Assembly (NCBI GenBank): GCA_007121375.1 | Contig: SKLX01000009.1 | Span: forward strand, 1 to 36,703 | DNA from: Bacillota bacterium | GTDB lineage: Bacteria > Bacillota > Dethiobacteria > SKNC01 | Direction of reading: 5' to 3' | Length of the DNA stretch: 36,703 nucleotides | Shown: positions 35,621-36,703 of the stretch, piece after piece | Layout: every line of letters begins with the position of its first letter | Position numbering within the stretch: the stretch's first letter is position 1 | The notes under the pieces: model-generated | Database searches by the model: none | What the model was told of the DNA's origin: nothing | Seen by the model: only the letters and a program-made list of their open reading frames with translations | Translations under genes and position numbers: made by a program

Positions 35621-36703
35621 CTATTCCTTGTTGCTGGCAGGAACCCGGGCAAAGCTGACTACCCGGTCTCCTTCCCCTATTCTTATCAGGGTTACCCCCT
35701 GGGTCTGCCGACCCTGCCGGGATATATGCTTAACCTCCTGGCGAATGACAATTCCCTTAGCCGTTATTATCATCAACTCATCCTGGGGGTGGACTCCCCG
35801 GAAACCAACCAGGGAACCGGTGCGAGAGGTAATCTTGGCAGTATAAATACCTTTACCTCCCCTGCTTTGCTTCCGGTACTCAGAAACGGGAGTCCTTTTC
35901 CCAAAGCCTTTTTCGCTTACCACGATAAGCTCCATATCCGGGTAAACGGCTTCCATGCCTACCAGGTAATCCTCCTTGTCCAGTCTTATTCCCTTTACTC
36001 CCCGGGCCTGGCGACCCATAACCCGTACATCCTCCTCGTGGAATCTTATGCATTTTCCTTTACTGCTTCCCATGAGGATCTCCTGTTGTCCGTCAGTAAG
36101 CCTACACCCAATGAGCTCATCCCCTTCCACCAGGGTAAGGGCTATCAGACCGCCCTTGCGGGCCGTTTCAAATTCGCTCAAAAGAGACTTTTTTACGTAT
36201 CCCTTCCGAGTGGCAAAAAACATGTAAAGCTGGCTGGTAAACTCTTTAATGGGTATAACGGTAGTTACAAATTCCCCTGGGGTTAAAGAAAGGAGATTTA
36301 TTATATTGGTCCCCCGGGCCTGCCTTCCTCCCTCGGGAATCTCGTATACTTTTAGACGGTAAAGCTTCCCGTGGTTGCTTACACACAGGAGATTATGGTG
36401 GGTAGAGGTTATGAAAAGATGTTCCAGGAAGTCCTCCTCCTTGGTAACCATCCCCATGATTCCTCTGCCCCCCCTCCTCTGGCTTCGGTAAGTGCTCAGG
36501 GGAAGCCTCTTGATATAACCCTGATGGGTAAGGGTAATAACGGCATCCTCTTCCGCTATCATATCCTCTATGCTTATTTCCTCTTCCCGGGGAAGAATCC
36601 GGGTTCTTCGCTGGTCGGCAAATTTTTCCCGGATTTGCAGTATTTCCTCCTTGATAATTTGCAGCACCAGCCGCTCATTGGCCAAAACTTCTTTATAGTA
36701 AGA
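35621..36703 (-). CDS. gyrA: DNA gyrase subunit A, C-terminal part (the 5' end is outside the window)
   Basis: The frame stays open to the window edge (...SYYKEVLANERLVLQIIKEE...). The GyrA box QRRGGRG is present, along with repeated beta-pinwheel blades ending in ...G.GV..I. Confidence 0.95.
   Translation of the reverse strand, partial: SYYKEVLANERLVLQIIKEEILQIREKFADQRRTRILPREEEISIEDMIAEEDAVITLTHQGYIKRLPLSTYRSQRRGGRGIMGMVTKEEDFLEHLFITSTHHNLLCVSNHGKLYRLKVYEIPEGGRQARGTNIINLLSLTPGEFVTTVIPIKEFTSQLYMFFATRKGYVKKSLLSEFETARKGGLIALTLVEGDELIGCRLTDGQQEILMGSSKGKCIRFHEEDVRVMGRQARGVKGIRLDKEDYLVGMEAVYPDMELIVVSEKGFGKRTPVSEYRKQSRGGKGIYTAKITSRTGSLVGFRGVHPQDELMIITAKGIVIRQEVKHISRQGRQTQGVTLIRIGEGDRVVSFARVPASNKE

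Overview
All credible genes in this window are on the minus strand: 27 CDS (two cut by the window edges) and 4 tRNAs. The plus-strand ORFs in the track are antisense shadows. All calls were made by eye from the translations and the DNA, with no HMM or BLAST search. The content looks like origin-proximal housekeeping DNA of a Firmicute, probably a thermophilic spore-former. This is suggested by E/K-rich proteins, GGAGG ribosome-binding sites, a T-box leader, GerMN domains, and partial synteny with the B. subtilis gyrA...pdxS-pdxT...serS...tadA region.

Reading the minus strand from 36703 down to 1:
- gyrA (3' part)
- a biotin-less 5S/OadA-type carboxyltransferase
- a consensus sigmaA promoter plus a complete T-box leader (apparent GUC/Val specifier)
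- ilvE-ilvD-ilvB-ilvN-ilvC-leuA-leuC-leuD
- an EF-G II-type paralogue, then a strong terminator
- ddl
- pdxS-pdxT
- a family-4 uracil-DNA glycosylase
- a WalR/WalK-like two-component system
- a large lipoprotein (beta-propeller repeats plus two GerMN domains)
- argS-serS
- tRNA-Ser(UGA), tRNA-Ser(GCU), tRNA-Arg(ACG)
- a MrfA/YprA-like DUF1998 helicase
- tadA
- tRNA-Ser(CGA)
- PolX
- an aldo-keto reductase with a Tat signal and lipobox
- a cold-shock protein
- a DEAD-box helicase
- an SLC12/CCC-type transporter
- a 5'-truncated flavoprotein-reductase fragment

I see no transposase, integrase, CRISPR array, toxin-antitoxin pair or recognisable defence module.

Several ORF-track N-termini look over-extended. 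I re-set those starts using Shine-Dalgarno spacing, and several of the resulting starts are GTG or TTG.

The most interesting candidates are:
1. The RR-HK-lipoprotein trio, which resembles the actinobacterial MtrA-MtrB-LpqB three-component system but with the lipoprotein domains in inverted order.
2. An EF-G paralogue whose catalytic His is replaced by Tyr, appended without a terminator to the T-box-controlled ilv-leu operon.
3. An apparently exported (Tat signal plus lipobox) aldo-keto reductase tightly coupled to polX.
4. A LexA/Cheo-box-like site in the promoter of the DUF1998 helicase.
5. Two short tandem-repeat arrays flanking the CCC transporter. One of them sits at the breakpoint of the truncated reductase gene.
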